Below are positions 1-10,247 of a stretch of DNA of 51,182 bases, piece after piece. Position 1 is the first letter of the stretch. Every line of letters starts with the position of its first letter. The stretch is from assembly GCA_007118805.1 (NCBI GenBank), contig SKQW01000231.1, positions 1 through 51,182 on the forward strand, written 5' to 3'. Origin of the DNA: Rhodobiaceae bacterium (GTDB lineage: Bacteria > Pseudomonadota > Alphaproteobacteria > Rhizobiales > Tepidamorphaceae). Both the position numbers and the translations under genes were made by a program. The notes under the pieces are model-generated. The model made no database searches. It saw nothing but the letters and a program-made list of their open reading frames with translations, and was not told the origin of the DNA.

Positions 1-1189
1 CCACCGTGCCCATCGGATTGAGAATCCGGCGCAGCACGAACACCTTCTTGAGCTCGGCCGGGGGAACCAGCAGTTCTTCCTTGCGGGTGCCGGACCGCGT
101 GATGTCCATCGACGGGAAGACTCGCTTGTCGGCCACCTTGCGATCGAGAATGATTTCGGAATTGCCAGTGCCCTTGAACTCCTCGAAGATCACCTCGTCC
201 ATCCGACTGCCGGTATCGATCAGCGCCGTCGCGATGATGGTCAGCGAGCCGCCTTCCTCGATGTTCCGCGCCGCGCCGAAGAAGCGCTTGGGGCGCTGCA
301 GGGCGTTGGCGTCCACGCCGCCCGTCAGCACTTTGCCCGATGACGGCACCACCGTGTTGTAGGCCCGCCCCAGGCGCGTGATCGAATCGAGGAGAATCAC
401 CACGTCGCGGCCATGCTCGACAAGACGCTTGGCCTTTTCGATCACCATCTCGGCCACCTGCACGTGCCGCGAAGCGGGCTCATCGAAGGTCGACGAGATC
501 ACCTCCCCGCGCACCGAGCGCTGCATGTCGGTGACCTCTTCCGGCCGCTCATCGATGAGAAGAACGATCAGATAGCAGTCCGGATGATTGGTGGTGATGG
601 AATGGGCGATGTTCTGCAGCAGCACCGTCTTGCCGGTGCGCGGCGGCGCCACGATAAGCCCGCGCTGACCCTTGCCGAGCGGCGCGATGAGGTCGATTAC
701 CCGCGCCGACATATCCTTCGACGTCGGATCCGGCAGCTCCATGTTGAAGCGCTTCTCCGGGTAGAGCGGCGTCAGATTATCGAAATGGATCTTGTGGCGC
801 GCCTTGTCCGGCTCCTCGAAATTGATCAGATTGACCTTGAGGAGGGCGAAATACCGCTCGCCATCCTTGGGGCTGCGGATCATGCCTTCGACAGTATCGC
901 CGGTGCGCAGGGCGAAGCGGCGGATCTGGCTCGGGCTGACATAGATGTCGTCCGGCCCCGCCAGGTAGTTGGCGTCGGGCGAACGGAGAAAGCCGAAGCC
1001 GTCCTGGAGCACCTCGACGACGCCTTCGCCGACGATTTCGACGTCCCGGCCGGCAAGCTGCTTGAGAATGGCGAACATCAGCTCCTGCTTGCGCAGGGCG
1101 CTGGCGTTCTCGACCTCGAGCTCCTCGGCGAAGGCCAGCAGCTCGGGAGGGGATTTCAGTTTGAGTTCCTGTAGTTTCATTTCCCGCAT
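1..1189 (-). CDS. rho: Transcription termination factor Rho, 3' end (C-terminus) runs off the window
   Basis: The reverse strand reads [10 protein letters not shown]... from ATG at 1189 (alternative ATG at 1180). Walker [21 protein letters not shown] lies on the reverse complement of about 601-660. [18 protein letters not shown] lies at the window edge. This ORF is absent from the supplied track, and the plus-strand ORF 413..1174 is its antisense artefact. Confidence 0.93.
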   Translation of the reverse strand, partial: MREMKLQELKLKSPPELLAFAEELEVENASALRKQELMFAILKQLAGRDVEIVGEGVVEVLQDGFGFLRSPDANYLAGPDDIYVSPSQIRRFALRTGDTVEGMIRSPKDGERYFALLKVNLINFEEPDKARHKIHFDNLTPLYPEKRFNMELPDPTSKDMSARVIDLIAPLGKGQRGLIVAPPRTGKTVLLQNIAHSITTNHPDCYLIVLLIDERPEEVTDMQRSVRGEVISSTFDEPASRHVQVAEMVIEKAKRLVEHGRDVVILLDSITRLGRAYNTVVPSSGKVLTGGVDANALQRPKRFFGAARNIEEGGSLTIIATALIDTGSRMDEVIFEEFKGTGNSEIILDRKVADKRVFPSMDITRSGTRKEELLVPPAELKKVFVLRRILNPMGTV

Positions 1190-1407
1190 CGGGATTGGTC
1201 CTTGGGCGTCGTGACGCCTTGCATGGTCGGGGGGAATGGCAAGATCGACCTCGTGTCGATCAGCTTTCGGAGGTAACGTTCGGATAAGCCCCAGCGCCCT
1301 TTTTTCGTCCAGGCGTCGCTCGGTCGGCTTTCGAAGCGGTGAGTCGGACCATTATATATACTGCGCCACGGCAGCCGACAAGACAGGGCGAGTGGAATTT
1401 CGCCGGG

Positions 1408-1836
1408 TCAGAACGGCTTAACGACAGCCAGAACGACGATGGCGATCATCAGAACCGTGGGCACCTCATTGGCCACCCGGTAGAAGCGCGGCGAGCGGAT
1501 ATTGCGATCCTCGGCAAAGGCTTTGCGCCAGCTCGCCAGGTAGTGATGATAGACCGTCAGGGCCGCGACGAAGGCGAACTTGGCGTGCAGCCAGCCCGCG
1601 GTCCATCCCACATAGCCGAACACCAGCCACAGCCCGAACACCCAGGCCGCGATCATCGCCGGATTGGCGATGAACCGCAGAAGCCGATGCTCCATGACCT
1701 TGAAGGTCTCGGCTAATTCGCTCTTGGGGTCGACCTCGGCGTGATAAACGTACAGTCTCGGCAAGTATAGAAGGGCCGCCATCCAGGCGATGATCGACAC
1801 TATATGGGCGGCCTTGACCCAAAGATACAGCCCCAT
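1408..1836 (-). CDS. hemJ: Protoporphyrinogen IX oxidase HemJ family (UPF0093) membrane protein
   Basis: 142-aa polytopic membrane protein (MGLYLWVKAAHIVSIIAWMAALLYLPRLYVYH...). It sits 6 nt downstream of hemE, the typical hemE-hemJ pairing. Confidence 0.8.
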   Translation of the reverse strand: MGLYLWVKAAHIVSIIAWMAALLYLPRLYVYHAEVDPKSELAETFKVMEHRLLRFIANPAMIAAWVFGLWLVFGYVGWTAGWLHAKFAFVAALTVYHHYLASWRKAFAEDRNIRSPRFYRVANEVPTVLMIAIVVLAVVKPF

Positions 1837-1842
1837 CGGCGT

Positions 1843-2880
1843 TCAGCCCCCGTTGCGCACCCGATCGACCAAACGCGCGACATGTTCGATCGGCGTTTCC
1901 GGCACAATTCCGTGACCAAGATTGAAGATGAGGGGCCCGTCACCCAGCGCCGCAACGATCCGGTCGATGCCCTCGTCCAACGCCGCACCGCCGGCCACCA
2001 GCGCCAACGGATCGAGATTGCCCTGGACCGGGATAGTCGGCTGCAACTCTCGCGCTGCGAAATCGACGGGAACCGTGGTATCGAGGCCAAGCCCGTCGAC
2101 GCCCGTTGCAGCAGCATAGGCGCTGCTTCGCAAGCCGCTGCCGCGCGGGAAGCCGATGATCTTGGCGTCGGGTACCGCGCGCCGAACCGCCGCGACGATC
2201 TTGGCATTCGGCTCGACGATCCATCGCTCGAATTCGCCATCGCCCAGATTGGCTGCCCAGCTGTCGAAGATCTGCACCACATCGGCGCCGGCCTTGAGCT
2301 GGCCAATCAGATACCCGGCCGAGATACCGACCAGAAGCTCGATGAGCTGGGAAAAAACCTTCGGCTCGCGATAGGCCCAGAGCCTGGCCGCCTTCTGGTC
2401 GGGACTGCCACGCCCTCCCGCCATATAGGTGGCCACCGTCCACGGCCCACCGCAGAAGCCTATCAGCGCCTTGTTGCTGTCCAGCTCCTCCCTCACGCGC
2501 GCTACGGTCTCGAAGATCGGCGACAGTTTGGTGATCGCTCGGTCGCCATCCAGCGCAGCGATATCCTCCATTGTCGCCACAGGCTCCAGACGCGGCCCTT
2601 CCCCGGACTCGAACCAGACCGGCTGGCCCAAGGCATCCGGCACCACCAGTATGTCGGAGAACAGGATCGCCGCATCGAAATCGAACCGCTTGATCGGTTG
2701 CAGGGTGACCTCAGCCGCCCGTTCCGGCGCGTAGCACAGGTCGAGGAACGCCTCGAACGTCGAGCGGATGTCCCGGTATTCCGGCAGATAGCGGCCTGCC
2801 TGCCGCATCAGCCAGATCGGGGGTGGGCCAACAGTCTCTCCGCTCAGCACTCGGACAAGACCCGGTTCGGGATTGGCCAT
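1843..2880 (-). CDS. hemE: Uroporphyrinogen decarboxylase
   Basis: [17 protein letters not shown] motif. I place the start at ATG 2880 ([15 protein letters not shown]...). The track ORF start at 3036 adds 52 non-homologous residues that reach into the intergenic region. Confidence 0.92.
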   Translation of the reverse strand: MANPEPGLVRVLSGETVGPPPIWLMRQAGRYLPEYRDIRSTFEAFLDLCYAPERAAEVTLQPIKRFDFDAAILFSDILVVPDALGQPVWFESGEGPRLEPVATMEDIAALDGDRAITKLSPIFETVARVREELDSNKALIGFCGGPWTVATYMAGGRGSPDQKAARLWAYREPKVFSQLIELLVGISAGYLIGQLKAGADVVQIFDSWAANLGDGEFERWIVEPNAKIVAAVRRAVPDAKIIGFPRGSGLRSSAYAAATGVDGLGLDTTVPVDFAARELQPTIPVQGNLDPLALVAGGAALDEGIDRIVAALGDGPLIFNLGHGIVPETPIEHVARLVDRVRNGG

Positions 2881-3266
2881 TGATGACTCTAAAGACAAAA
2901 GGGAATCCTTTTTTCTACGATTCCGATTCCTGGTGTCGGGATTATCTGGATGTTCGGCGGTCCACAATGTGGGCGAGGCGGTTTGTGGAGAGCTGGCTGG
3001 CCGGTGTGGTTGGATCCAGTGATTTACGGTTCCCAATACAAGGAATTTTTCCCTTTTGAATCAATTTGTTGTGCCCTCTCGTGACGGGTTCAGCGAGGCT
3101 CGACCGGGCCATACGTGCGAAAACTCCCCGCAATTAACGTTTTGGTAACCGATCCCATCCCAGGCGAACAAGCTGTTGATGATGTCGGCGCCGCCGGACT
3201 AAGTGAGCGGGTCAGTCTGTCATCCCGCACTGGCAAGCGTTTCGTTTCCACAGAAGTGCACACCCA
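2881..3266. other. Candidate chromosomal replication origin (oriC/Cori-type) plus divergent hemE and DUF299 promoters
   Basis: The synteny hemE | gap | DUF299-maf-aroE-coaE-dnaQ matches the Caulobacter Cori neighbourhood. CCACA/TGTGG cores lie at 2962-66, 2968-72, 2984-88, 3005-09 and 3248-52. The best DnaA-box-like 9-mers are GTTTCCACA (3244-52) and the complement of 2984-92, CTCTCCACA, each 7/9 to TTATCCACA. GANTC sites lie at 2885-89, 2903-07, 2925-29 and 3058-62. An AT-rich tract spans about 3031-3070. TTAA-N7-GTAA lies at 3134-48. Confidence 0.55.
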
Positions 3267-4094
3267 ATGCCGCATCGTGTCCAGAGTTTCGTCCACCTCC
3301 ATCTCGTGTCGGATTCCACCGGCGAGACCCTGATCGCCGTGGCGCGGGCGGTGGCGGTTCAATATGCCTCGGTGCGGGCGATCGAGCATGTCTATCCCCT
3401 GGTTCGCGCGGCGAACCAGCTCGATCGGGTGATAACAGAGATTGAGGCGGCGCCGGGCATCGTGCTTTACACGCTGGTGAACACCGAGCTCTGTCATCGG
3501 CTCGAAGCGACCTGTGCCGAGATGAACGTGCCATGCGTGTCGGTGCTGGCGCCGGTGATCGATGTGTTTCGCAGCTATCTGGGCACGGAATGGACGCCGA
3601 CGATCGGCGGTCAGCATGTGCTGAACAACGAATATTTCCGCCGGATCGATGCGTTGAATTTCTCCATGGCCCACGATGATGGCCAGATGGCCGGAGATAT
3701 CGAGGACGCCGACGTCATTCTCGTCGGCATCAGCCGGACATCCAAGACCCCGACCAGCATCTATCTGGCGAATCGCGGCATCAAGACCGCGAATGTGCCT
3801 CTGGTGCCGGACATCCCCTTGCCGGATCACGTAACCAGGGCCAAGAAGCCGCTTGTGATCGGTCTTGTCGCCACCCCGGAACGCATCGTCCAGATCCGCC
3901 AGAACCGCGTGCTCGCCCTGAAGGGAGACGAGAAGTCCGCCTATGTCGACCGCGCGGCCGTCGCAGAGGAGATTGCCGCCACGCGGCGCCTTTGCGCCAA
4001 GCAGGGCTGGCCCCTCATCGACGTTACGCGCCGGTCTATCGAAGAGACGGCCGCGGAGATCCTGGCATTTCTCAAGGAGCATCGCAGTGTCTGA
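3267..4094 (+). CDS. Pyruvate,phosphate dikinase / PEP synthetase regulatory protein family (DUF299, kinase/pyrophosphorylase)
   Basis: 275 aa. [14 protein letters not shown]-terminus and P-loop-like [18 protein letters not shown], typical of the family. Confidence 0.85.
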   Translation: MPHRVQSFVHLHLVSDSTGETLIAVARAVAVQYASVRAIEHVYPLVRAANQLDRVITEIEAAPGIVLYTLVNTELCHRLEATCAEMNVPCVSVLAPVIDVFRSYLGTEWTPTIGGQHVLNNEYFRRIDALNFSMAHDDGQMAGDIEDADVILVGISRTSKTPTSIYLANRGIKTANVPLVPDIPLPDHVTRAKKPLVIGLVATPERIVQIRQNRVLALKGDEKSAYVDRAAVAEEIAATRRLCAKQGWPLIDVTRRSIEETAAEILAFLKEHRSV

Positions 4095-4716
4095 GTTCCT
4101 GCCCGCCCTATCCACGGCACCGGTCATTCTCGCCTCCGCCAGCGCACCGCGGGCCAATCTTTTGCGCGCTGCCGGGGTCACCATCGAGATTGTCCCTTCG
4201 ACGATCGACGAGCCTAGTATCGTTGCGGCCCTTCAGGGTGGGGGAGATGACCTGCCGCCGGCGGATATTGCCGCGATGCTTGCCGAAGCCAAGGCCGGCG
4301 ATGTCGGCGGTGCCAGGCCGGACACGCTGGTGATCGCGGCCGATCAGACGCTGGAGCTCGACGGCGCCCTGTTCACGAAGGCGGGGTCGATCGAGGAGGC
4401 GCGCCGCAACCTGCTGCTGTTGCGCGGACGCACCCACGCGCTGCATTCCTGCGCAGTCCTTGCCCACGAGGGCCAGACGGTGTGGCGTCACACCGAAACG
4501 GCGTGGATGACCATGCGTGATTTCACCCCCCAGTTTCTAGGCCGCTATCTGGCCGCGGTCGGCGACAGTGTGCTGGAAAGCGTTGGCTGCTATCACCTGG
4601 AGGGTCCCGGCGTGCAGCTCTTTGAGCGTTTCGAGGGCGACTGGTTCAGCATACTTGGCCTACCCTTGATGCCGCTTCTCGGGGAGTTGCGCCGGCGCGG
4701 GGTGGTGCCGACATGA
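4087..4716 (+). CDS. maf: Maf-like nucleoside triphosphate pyrophosphatase
   Basis: [14 protein letters not shown] motif near the N-terminus. I use GTG 4087, which overlaps the upstream stop. The track start at 3943 lies inside the previous gene. Confidence 0.82.
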   Translation: MSEFLPALSTAPVILASASAPRANLLRAAGVTIEIVPSTIDEPSIVAALQGGGDDLPPADIAAMLAEAKAGDVGGARPDTLVIAADQTLELDGALFTKAGSIEEARRNLLLLRGRTHALHSCAVLAHEGQTVWRHTETAWMTMRDFTPQFLGRYLAAVGDSVLESVGCYHLEGPGVQLFERFEGDWFSILGLPLMPLLGELRRRGVVPT

Positions 4717-5552
4717 CCGGGATGATGCGCGCCTGCGTGGTGGGGTGGCCGGCGCGGCATTCCCGCTCTCCGATGATCCATCGATATTGGCTCCACCAGC
4801 TTGGTATTCCAGGAGACTATGTCATCGAGGAAGTCACCCAGGAGGCCTTTCCTGACTTCGTCCGGTCGTTGGCGCCACGCGGCTATGCCGGCTGCAATGT
4901 AACGGTTCCTCACAAGGAGGCGGCGCTCAGGCTCGCTGATGAGGCCGACACCGCCGCCCAGGCGCTCGGTGCCGCGAACACGCTATGGCTTGAGGGCGGC
5001 AGGCTGTGCGCGGCGAACAGCGACGTCACCGGATTTCTGGCGAGTCTCGACGAAGCCCGGCCGGGCTGGGACAGCGGGCTCGACGTTGCCGTCGTGCTGG
5101 GCGCCGGCGGGGCCGCGCGTGGCATCGTCTGGGGGTTGGTACAGCGCGGTGTCGGAACCGTCCATGTGGTCAATCGAAACCTCGAACGGGCCCACGCGCT
5201 CACCTCCGGCTATGGCGAGGGGGTGGCTCCAGCAGGCTGGCCCGATCTTCCTCATTTACTGGGCGAGGCAGATCTCCTCGTTAATGCCACCTCCCTCGGC
5301 ATGTCCGGCCAGCCCGCTCTCGAAATCGACCTGGCGCCCTTGCCTCGACATGCGATTGTCGCCGACATTGTCTACGCCCCGTTGGAAACCCCGCTCCTGC
5401 GCGTAGCGCGCGCCCGGGGAAATCCGGCGATCGACGGGTTGGGCATGCTGTTGCATCAGGCGGTGCCTGGCTTCGAACGTTGGTTTGGCGTCTGTCCGGA
5501 GGTGACGCCCGAGCTCCGGGCGCTGGTCGCCGCCGATATTGAGAAGTCCTGA
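4713..5552 (+). CDS. aroE: Shikimate dehydrogenase
   Basis: 279 aa. [23 protein letters not shown] and GAGGAARG motifs. ATGA overlap with maf. Confidence 0.9.
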   Translation: MTGMMRACVVGWPARHSRSPMIHRYWLHQLGIPGDYVIEEVTQEAFPDFVRSLAPRGYAGCNVTVPHKEAALRLADEADTAAQALGAANTLWLEGGRLCAANSDVTGFLASLDEARPGWDSGLDVAVVLGAGGAARGIVWGLVQRGVGTVHVVNRNLERAHALTSGYGEGVAPAGWPDLPHLLGEADLLVNATSLGMSGQPALEIDLAPLPRHAIVADIVYAPLETPLLRVARARGNPAIDGLGMLLHQAVPGFERWFGVCPEVTPELRALVAADIEKS

Positions 5553-6190
5553 TGTTCATCCTCGCCCTCACCGGCTCGATCGGCATGGGCAAGTCGACCG
5601 CCGCCGGCCTCTTCGCCGCAGCAGGGATACCGGTATACGATGCGGATGCTGCGGTTCATTGCCTCTATGCCGGCAAGGCGGTGGCACCCGTCGCGCAAGC
5701 CTTTCCCGAGGCAGTGGTGGACGAGCGTGTGGACAGGGCACGCCTGTCATCGCTGGTCGTCGGGAACGGGGAGGCGCTGAGGCGCCTGGAGGCGATCGTG
5801 CATCCGCTGGTGCGCGCGGAGGAAGCTGAATTTCTCCAGCGGGCGGCGCAAACCGGGGCGACGCTGGTGGTCCTCGAAATTCCGTTGCTCTTCGAAACGG
5901 GTGGGCAAGCCCGTGTCGATGCCGTCGCCGTCGTCTCCGCGCCGCCGGAAATCCAGCGTCGGCGGGTTCTCGATCGCCCGGAAATGAGCGACGAGAAGCT
6001 CGCCGACATACTGGCGCGCCAGATGCCGGATGCCGAGAAGCGCAGGTGGGCGCATTTCGTGATCGATTCCGGCCGCGGCCTTGCGCCGGTGCAAAAAGAC
6101 GTGGATGACATCCGCCGCGCCCTTGCCGGACGGCCCGGCGCGGCGTATGGCCGGATCGTGAAGAAGGCTTCGGCCCAGCGGGCAGATTGA
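5552..6190 (+). CDS. coaE: Dephospho-CoA kinase
   Basis: 212 aa. [12 protein letters not shown]-loop at the N-terminus. 1-nt overlap with the aroE stop. Confidence 0.9.
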   Translation: MFILALTGSIGMGKSTAAGLFAAAGIPVYDADAAVHCLYAGKAVAPVAQAFPEAVVDERVDRARLSSLVVGNGEALRRLEAIVHPLVRAEEAEFLQRAAQTGATLVVLEIPLLFETGGQARVDAVAVVSAPPEIQRRRVLDRPEMSDEKLADILARQMPDAEKRRWAHFVIDSGRGLAPVQKDVDDIRRALAGRPGAAYGRIVKKASAQRAD

Positions 6191-6206
6191 AGCGAACCGG
6201 GATCCG

Positions 6207-6944
6207 ATGCGCGAGATCGTGCTCGATACCGAAACGACGGGCCTTGACCCCAATTCCGGGCATCGGATCGTGGAGATCGGGTGCGTGGAGCTGCTCAATC
6301 ACATCCCGAGCGGGCGCGATTGGCACCAATACGTCAATCCCAAGCGCTCGATGCCGCGCGAGGCCCTCGCGGTCCACGGCCTTTCCGAAGAGTTTCTGGC
6401 CGACAAGCCGGCCTTTGAGGACATTGCGGACGATTTCATCAGCTTTGTCGCCGGCGCGCGCCTGATCATTCACAATGCGCCCTTTGACATGGCATTTCTG
6501 AACGCCGAGCTGGAGGCGGCTGGTTACCAACCCCTGCCCTTCAGCCAGGTGACCGATACCCTGGCGTTAGCGCGCCGGCGCCATCCGGGTGCGCCGGCCG
6601 GACTCGACGATCTTTGCCGCCGCTACGGGGTCGACAACAGTCGGCGCGACATGCATGGCGCGCTGCTCGATGCGGGTCTGCTTGCCGAGGTCTATATCGA
6701 GCTGACAGGCGGCCGTCAGGCGGCGCTGACCCTGGCCGACGCCGCGCCGGTTGCCCACGGGACGCGGGCAACCATGGCCGCGCGACCTCATCCTTTGCCC
6801 TCCCGCCTGACCGATGAGGACTTAGCAGCCCATCGGGCTTTCGTGGCGGAGCTCGGCGCAAACGTGCTCTGGGCGCAATATGATGGCGGGAGCGAGCAGG
6901 AAGACGCTAACCATAGGGACGGCGCTGGCAGCACGGACGCCTGA
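6207..6944 (+). CDS. dnaQ: DNA polymerase III epsilon subunit (3'-5' exonuclease)
   Basis: 245 aa. Exo motifs IVLDTETTGL, HNAPFDMAFL and HGALLDAGLLAEVY. Confidence 0.92.
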   Translation: MREIVLDTETTGLDPNSGHRIVEIGCVELLNHIPSGRDWHQYVNPKRSMPREALAVHGLSEEFLADKPAFEDIADDFISFVAGARLIIHNAPFDMAFLNAELEAAGYQPLPFSQVTDTLALARRRHPGAPAGLDDLCRRYGVDNSRRDMHGALLDAGLLAEVYIELTGGRQAALTLADAAPVAHGTRATMAARPHPLPSRLTDEDLAAHRAFVAELGANVLWAQYDGGSEQEDANHRDGAGSTDA

Positions 6945-7044
6945 ACGTTTCCTGTCATGCTGGGGCCGGCGCGGGCGGCCTGTTAAAGGCTTGGGGCGGC
7001 TCAATGCAGGCCGGGTGCTTCGGCTGGTCGAGAACGGCCTGCGG

Positions 7045-7587
7045 TCAGTTTGGCTGGCCGGGTGATTGTTGCTGCGACGGATCGGCCTGCGCCGCCTGGT
7101 GCTGCATGCGCTGGCGGTAGAGTGCTGCAAAATCGATCGGGTCGAGCATCAGTGGTGGGAAGCCGCCGCTCGCCACGGTTTCGGCGATGACTTGCCGCGC
7201 GAAGGGAAACAGGAGCCGGGGGCATTCGATCAGAATGAACGGATGCAATTGCTCCTGCGGGACGTTGCGGATCTGGAACAGACCGGCATAGACCAGCTCG
7301 ATGTTGAACAGGACGATATTGTCGTCGCCCGCCTTGGCATCGAGGCGCAGTTCGACCTCGACATTGTTTTCACCGCTCTGCCGGGCTGAAACATTGACGG
7401 AGACGTTGAGCGGCGGGGACTTCTCCTTCTGAACGTTGAACGATTCCGGCGCCTTGGGATTTTCGAAGGACAGGTCCTTAATGTATTGGCCGAGCACATT
7501 TATGCTTGGGCCGGATTGGGCTTGTCCGCCCGCTGCCGCGGCGCCCTGGGGGGCAGCACCTCCGGTGTTGTCGCCACTGTCCGCCAT
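7045..7587 (-). CDS. secB: Protein-export chaperone SecB
   Basis: INVLGQYIKDLSFENP and ECPRLLFPFARQ motifs. Start placed at ATG 7587 (MADSGDN...). The track start at 7686 is upstream of plausible homology. Confidence 0.88.
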   Translation of the reverse strand: MADSGDNTGGAAPQGAAAAGGQAQSGPSINVLGQYIKDLSFENPKAPESFNVQKEKSPPLNVSVNVSARQSGENNVEVELRLDAKAGDDNIVLFNIELVYAGLFQIRNVPQEQLHPFILIECPRLLFPFARQVIAETVASGGFPPLMLDPIDFAALYRQRMQHQAAQADPSQQQSPGQPN

Positions 7588-7670
7588 CTGCTCCTCCGTG
7601 AATTGGGCACGCGCGCCGATCGGCCGCGTGGCTAGCATGGCTGCACGATACCGGCAACCGCCATTGCGGC

Positions 7671-8171
7671 CTATCTGTTGCGCCACGGCGAGTCCGGGTT
7701 GGGATTCGCGGGAGGCTCGTCCTCGATCTCCACGGCTTGCCCTTCGATGATCGGGCCTTCACGCGGCTGGCCGCGTTGGCCGCCGCGACCGGGCCCGGAC
7801 ATCACGATGGTGAGCTTGGGCACCAGCCACGCGCCACCGACACGTACGAGCCAGCGGCGAAGCGGCGGCACAAGCAGCGTGAACCCGATAGCATCGGTGA
7901 AGAAGCCCGGCGTCAGCAGCAGCGCCCCGGCAAGCAGAATAGCCAGCCCCTCCGCCAAGGCACCCGCCGGAATGCGCTCGTTATCCAGTTCCCGCTGCGC
8001 CTTCTGGAGCGTCGACAGGCCCTGATGCCGGACCAGTAAAGCCCCTGCTACCGCGGTGGTGAGCACCGCGGCTATGGTGGCCAGAACCCCGATCTGGCCG
8101 CCGATGAGAATGAACAGCGCAATCTCGACCAGCGGAATGCCGAGGAAGATTGCGAACAGGAGATAAACCAT
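7671..8171 (-). CDS. fxsA: FxsA family membrane protein
   Basis: The N-terminus MVYLLFAIFLGIPLVEIALFILIGGQIG is the family signature. Start placed at ATG 8171. Confidence 0.8.
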   Translation of the reverse strand: MVYLLFAIFLGIPLVEIALFILIGGQIGVLATIAAVLTTAVAGALLVRHQGLSTLQKAQRELDNERIPAGALAEGLAILLAGALLLTPGFFTDAIGFTLLVPPLRRWLVRVGGAWLVPKLTIVMSGPGRGGQRGQPREGPIIEGQAVEIEDEPPANPNPDSPWRNR

Positions 8172-8314
8172 CAAGAAACACCCTTTTGCCGGATGACGAA
8201 TGGGGCTTGCGCGGGATGCCACTGGACCGACACAATGCGTCCCTTAGATAGTAGGGGACGCGCGACGCGCGATCACCCTTGGCCTGTGCGAAGAATCCCG
8301 ATACACCGGGTGCG

Positions 8315-9022
8315 ATGAACGGCTTTTTCGATTTCTACACCATCCTGTTTCTCGTTCTGGCGGTGGTCATATTCCTCCGTCTGCGGAACGTGCTCGGCCG
8401 TCGTACCGGCAATGAGCGACCGCCCTTCGACCCCTATTCGGCGCCCAAAACCAACGGCGCCGGGGGCAGCGAGAAGGTCGTCAATCTGCCGCGCCGGGGC
8501 GAGGATTCGCGTGTTTCGCAGCCCGACGCAAGCGGCGAGGAGTGGGGCGATATCGCCGCACCGGGTTCGGCCCTTTCAAAAGGCTTGAGCGAGGTCCGCC
8601 GGGCCGATCCCAGCTTCGTGCCCGAGCAGTTCCTCGAGGGGGCCCGCGCGGCCTACGAGATGATCGTCTCCGCCTTTGCCGAGGGGGACCGCCAGACCCT
8701 CAAGGATCTGTTGAGCCGCGAAGTGTATGAGGGATTCGTTACCGCCATTGCCGAGCGCGAGAGCCGCGGCGAGGCTATGTCGACCAATTTCGTGGGCATC
8801 GACAAGGCCGAGATCACCGATGCGACCATGCGGCGGCGAATGGCCCATGTCACTGTGCGGTTCGTCTCGCAACTGGTTAGCGTGACCCGCGACAAGAACG
8901 ATAATGTGGTCGAGGGCGACCCCAAGCATGTCACGGAAGTCATCGACATCTGGACATTCGCCCGCGACACCGGCTCGCGCGACCCGAACTGGAAGCTGGT
9001 TGCAACCGAGGCTGCCGAGTAG
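8315..9022 (+). CDS. Tim44-like domain protein (membrane-anchored)
   Basis: N-terminal TM segment FFDFYTILFLVLAVVIFL, followed by a C-terminal Tim44-like fold region (FVPEQFLEGARAAYEMIVSAFAEGD...WKL). Start at ATG 8315 preferred over 8279. Confidence 0.7.
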   Translation: MNGFFDFYTILFLVLAVVIFLRLRNVLGRRTGNERPPFDPYSAPKTNGAGGSEKVVNLPRRGEDSRVSQPDASGEEWGDIAAPGSALSKGLSEVRRADPSFVPEQFLEGARAAYEMIVSAFAEGDRQTLKDLLSREVYEGFVTAIAERESRGEAMSTNFVGIDKAEITDATMRRRMAHVTVRFVSQLVSVTRDKNDNVVEGDPKHVTEVIDIWTFARDTGSRDPNWKLVATEAAE

Positions 9023-10247
9023 CGTTGGCCGCCTCCTGCTTGCAGCGCGCGTTCGGCGTCGTGCTCTGATCGTCGCTGGCGGCGCGGTCGTGCTGGCCGC
9101 GCTGACTGCCCTTGCCAGCTTATGGTTCATGCGCCTGCCTCCCCACCAGGATCACCCCGTTAGCCACGCCGGTCATCGGCTGGAGCCCATGCGGTTCTCC
9201 GAGATTCCGGGCTGGAGCGACGACAATCCGGTCGAGGCGCTATATGCGTTCCAGCGGTCCTGTGCCCGGATGTCGACGGCCGAGCGCGCCGACGTTATGG
9301 GCCGCGCATGCAGTGCCCTGGACAACCTGCCCGAGAGCCCCGACCTCGACGCGGCTCGAGCATTCTTCGAGACGGCGTTCGCAGCGTATCGCGTCGTGCT
9401 CAGCGATGACGAAGGGCTCCTGACGGCCTACTATGAACCAGTGATCGAGGGCTCGCGTACACGCTCGGAGCAGTTTTCCGTTCCCCTGCGCGCCCGCCCC
9501 GAAAACTATGTCGTGATCAATGACGACAATCGACCGATCGGGTTCGACGCGGACCTGACCGCGGCGCGGCGCACGGCCGATGGGCTTGAACCCTGGCCCA
9601 CGCGCCGCGAGATCGATGCCGGCGCTCTGGATGGGGTGGCGGAGCCGATCGTCTGGATCGGCGACCCGGTCGATGCCTTCTTCGTGCATATACAGGGCTC
9701 GACCCGCATCGCGCTGGCCGAGGGCGGAACCATGCGGGTCGGCTTTGCCGGACGCAACGGACATCCCTATACCTCGGTCGGCGGAGTGATGATGGCGCGC
9801 GGTCTTCGCCCCAAGGGCGGGTTCTCCATGGACGGTATGCGCGCCTTCTTCCGCGACAATCCGCAGCTTGCCCGCGAGCTCATGCATGAGAACCGGTCCT
9901 ACATCTTCTTCCGCGAGGTCGAGGGGCTGGACGATGAGCTCGGCCCGGTCGGCGCGCAGGGCGTGCCGCTGACGACGCAGCGTTCGCTTGCCGTCGACCC
10001 CGACTTTCACCGGCTTGGAACACCGATCTTCATCGATGCACGCCTGCCAACCGGGCCGGATCGGAGGGAGCAACGATTTCAGAAGCTGATGGTGGCGCAG
10101 GATGTCGGCTCGGCCATCAAGGGACCGGCACGCGGCGATCTCTTCTGGGGCACCGGCGACGAGGCCGGCTCCATCGCCGGTGGAATCAAGTCGCCGGCGA
10201 GCTTTTACCTGCTACTCCCCCAGGGCGGAGATTGGGCGGGGTCATGA
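9000..10247 (+). CDS. mltA: Membrane-bound lytic murein transglycosylase A
   Basis: MltA and 3D-domain region (GRNGHPYTSVG, SLAVDP, VAQDVGSAIKGPARGDLFWGTGDEAG). The start is uncertain. TTG 9000 keeps the signal-anchor RVRRRALIVAGGAVVLAALTALA. Alternatives are GTG 9090, ATG 9129 and the track start 8904. Confidence 0.8.
   Translation: MQPRLPSSVGRLLLAARVRRRALIVAGGAVVLAALTALASLWFMRLPPHQDHPVSHAGHRLEPMRFSEIPGWSDDNPVEALYAFQRSCARMSTAERADVMGRACSALDNLPESPDLDAARAFFETAFAAYRVVLSDDEGLLTAYYEPVIEGSRTRSEQFSVPLRARPENYVVINDDNRPIGFDADLTAARRTADGLEPWPTRREIDAGALDGVAEPIVWIGDPVDAFFVHIQGSTRIALAEGGTMRVGFAGRNGHPYTSVGGVMMARGLRPKGGFSMDGMRAFFRDNPQLARELMHENRSYIFFREVEGLDDELGPVGAQGVPLTTQRSLAVDPDFHRLGTPIFIDARLPTGPDRREQRFQKLMVAQDVGSAIKGPARGDLFWGTGDEAGSIAGGIKSPASFYLLLPQGGDWAGS

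Noticed and set aside
413-1174. 253-aa plus-strand ORF at the left edge
   Set aside because: It is antisense to an unmistakable rho reading frame (Walker A and C-terminal motifs on the minus strand). Its translation is Arg/Leu/Asp-rich nonsense, typical of high-GC antisense frames.
3134-3148. TTAA-N7-GTAA as a CtrA binding site in the putative origin
   Set aside because: It is a single site with one mismatch and no second copy. It is kept only as a supporting note for the origin call, not as a feature.
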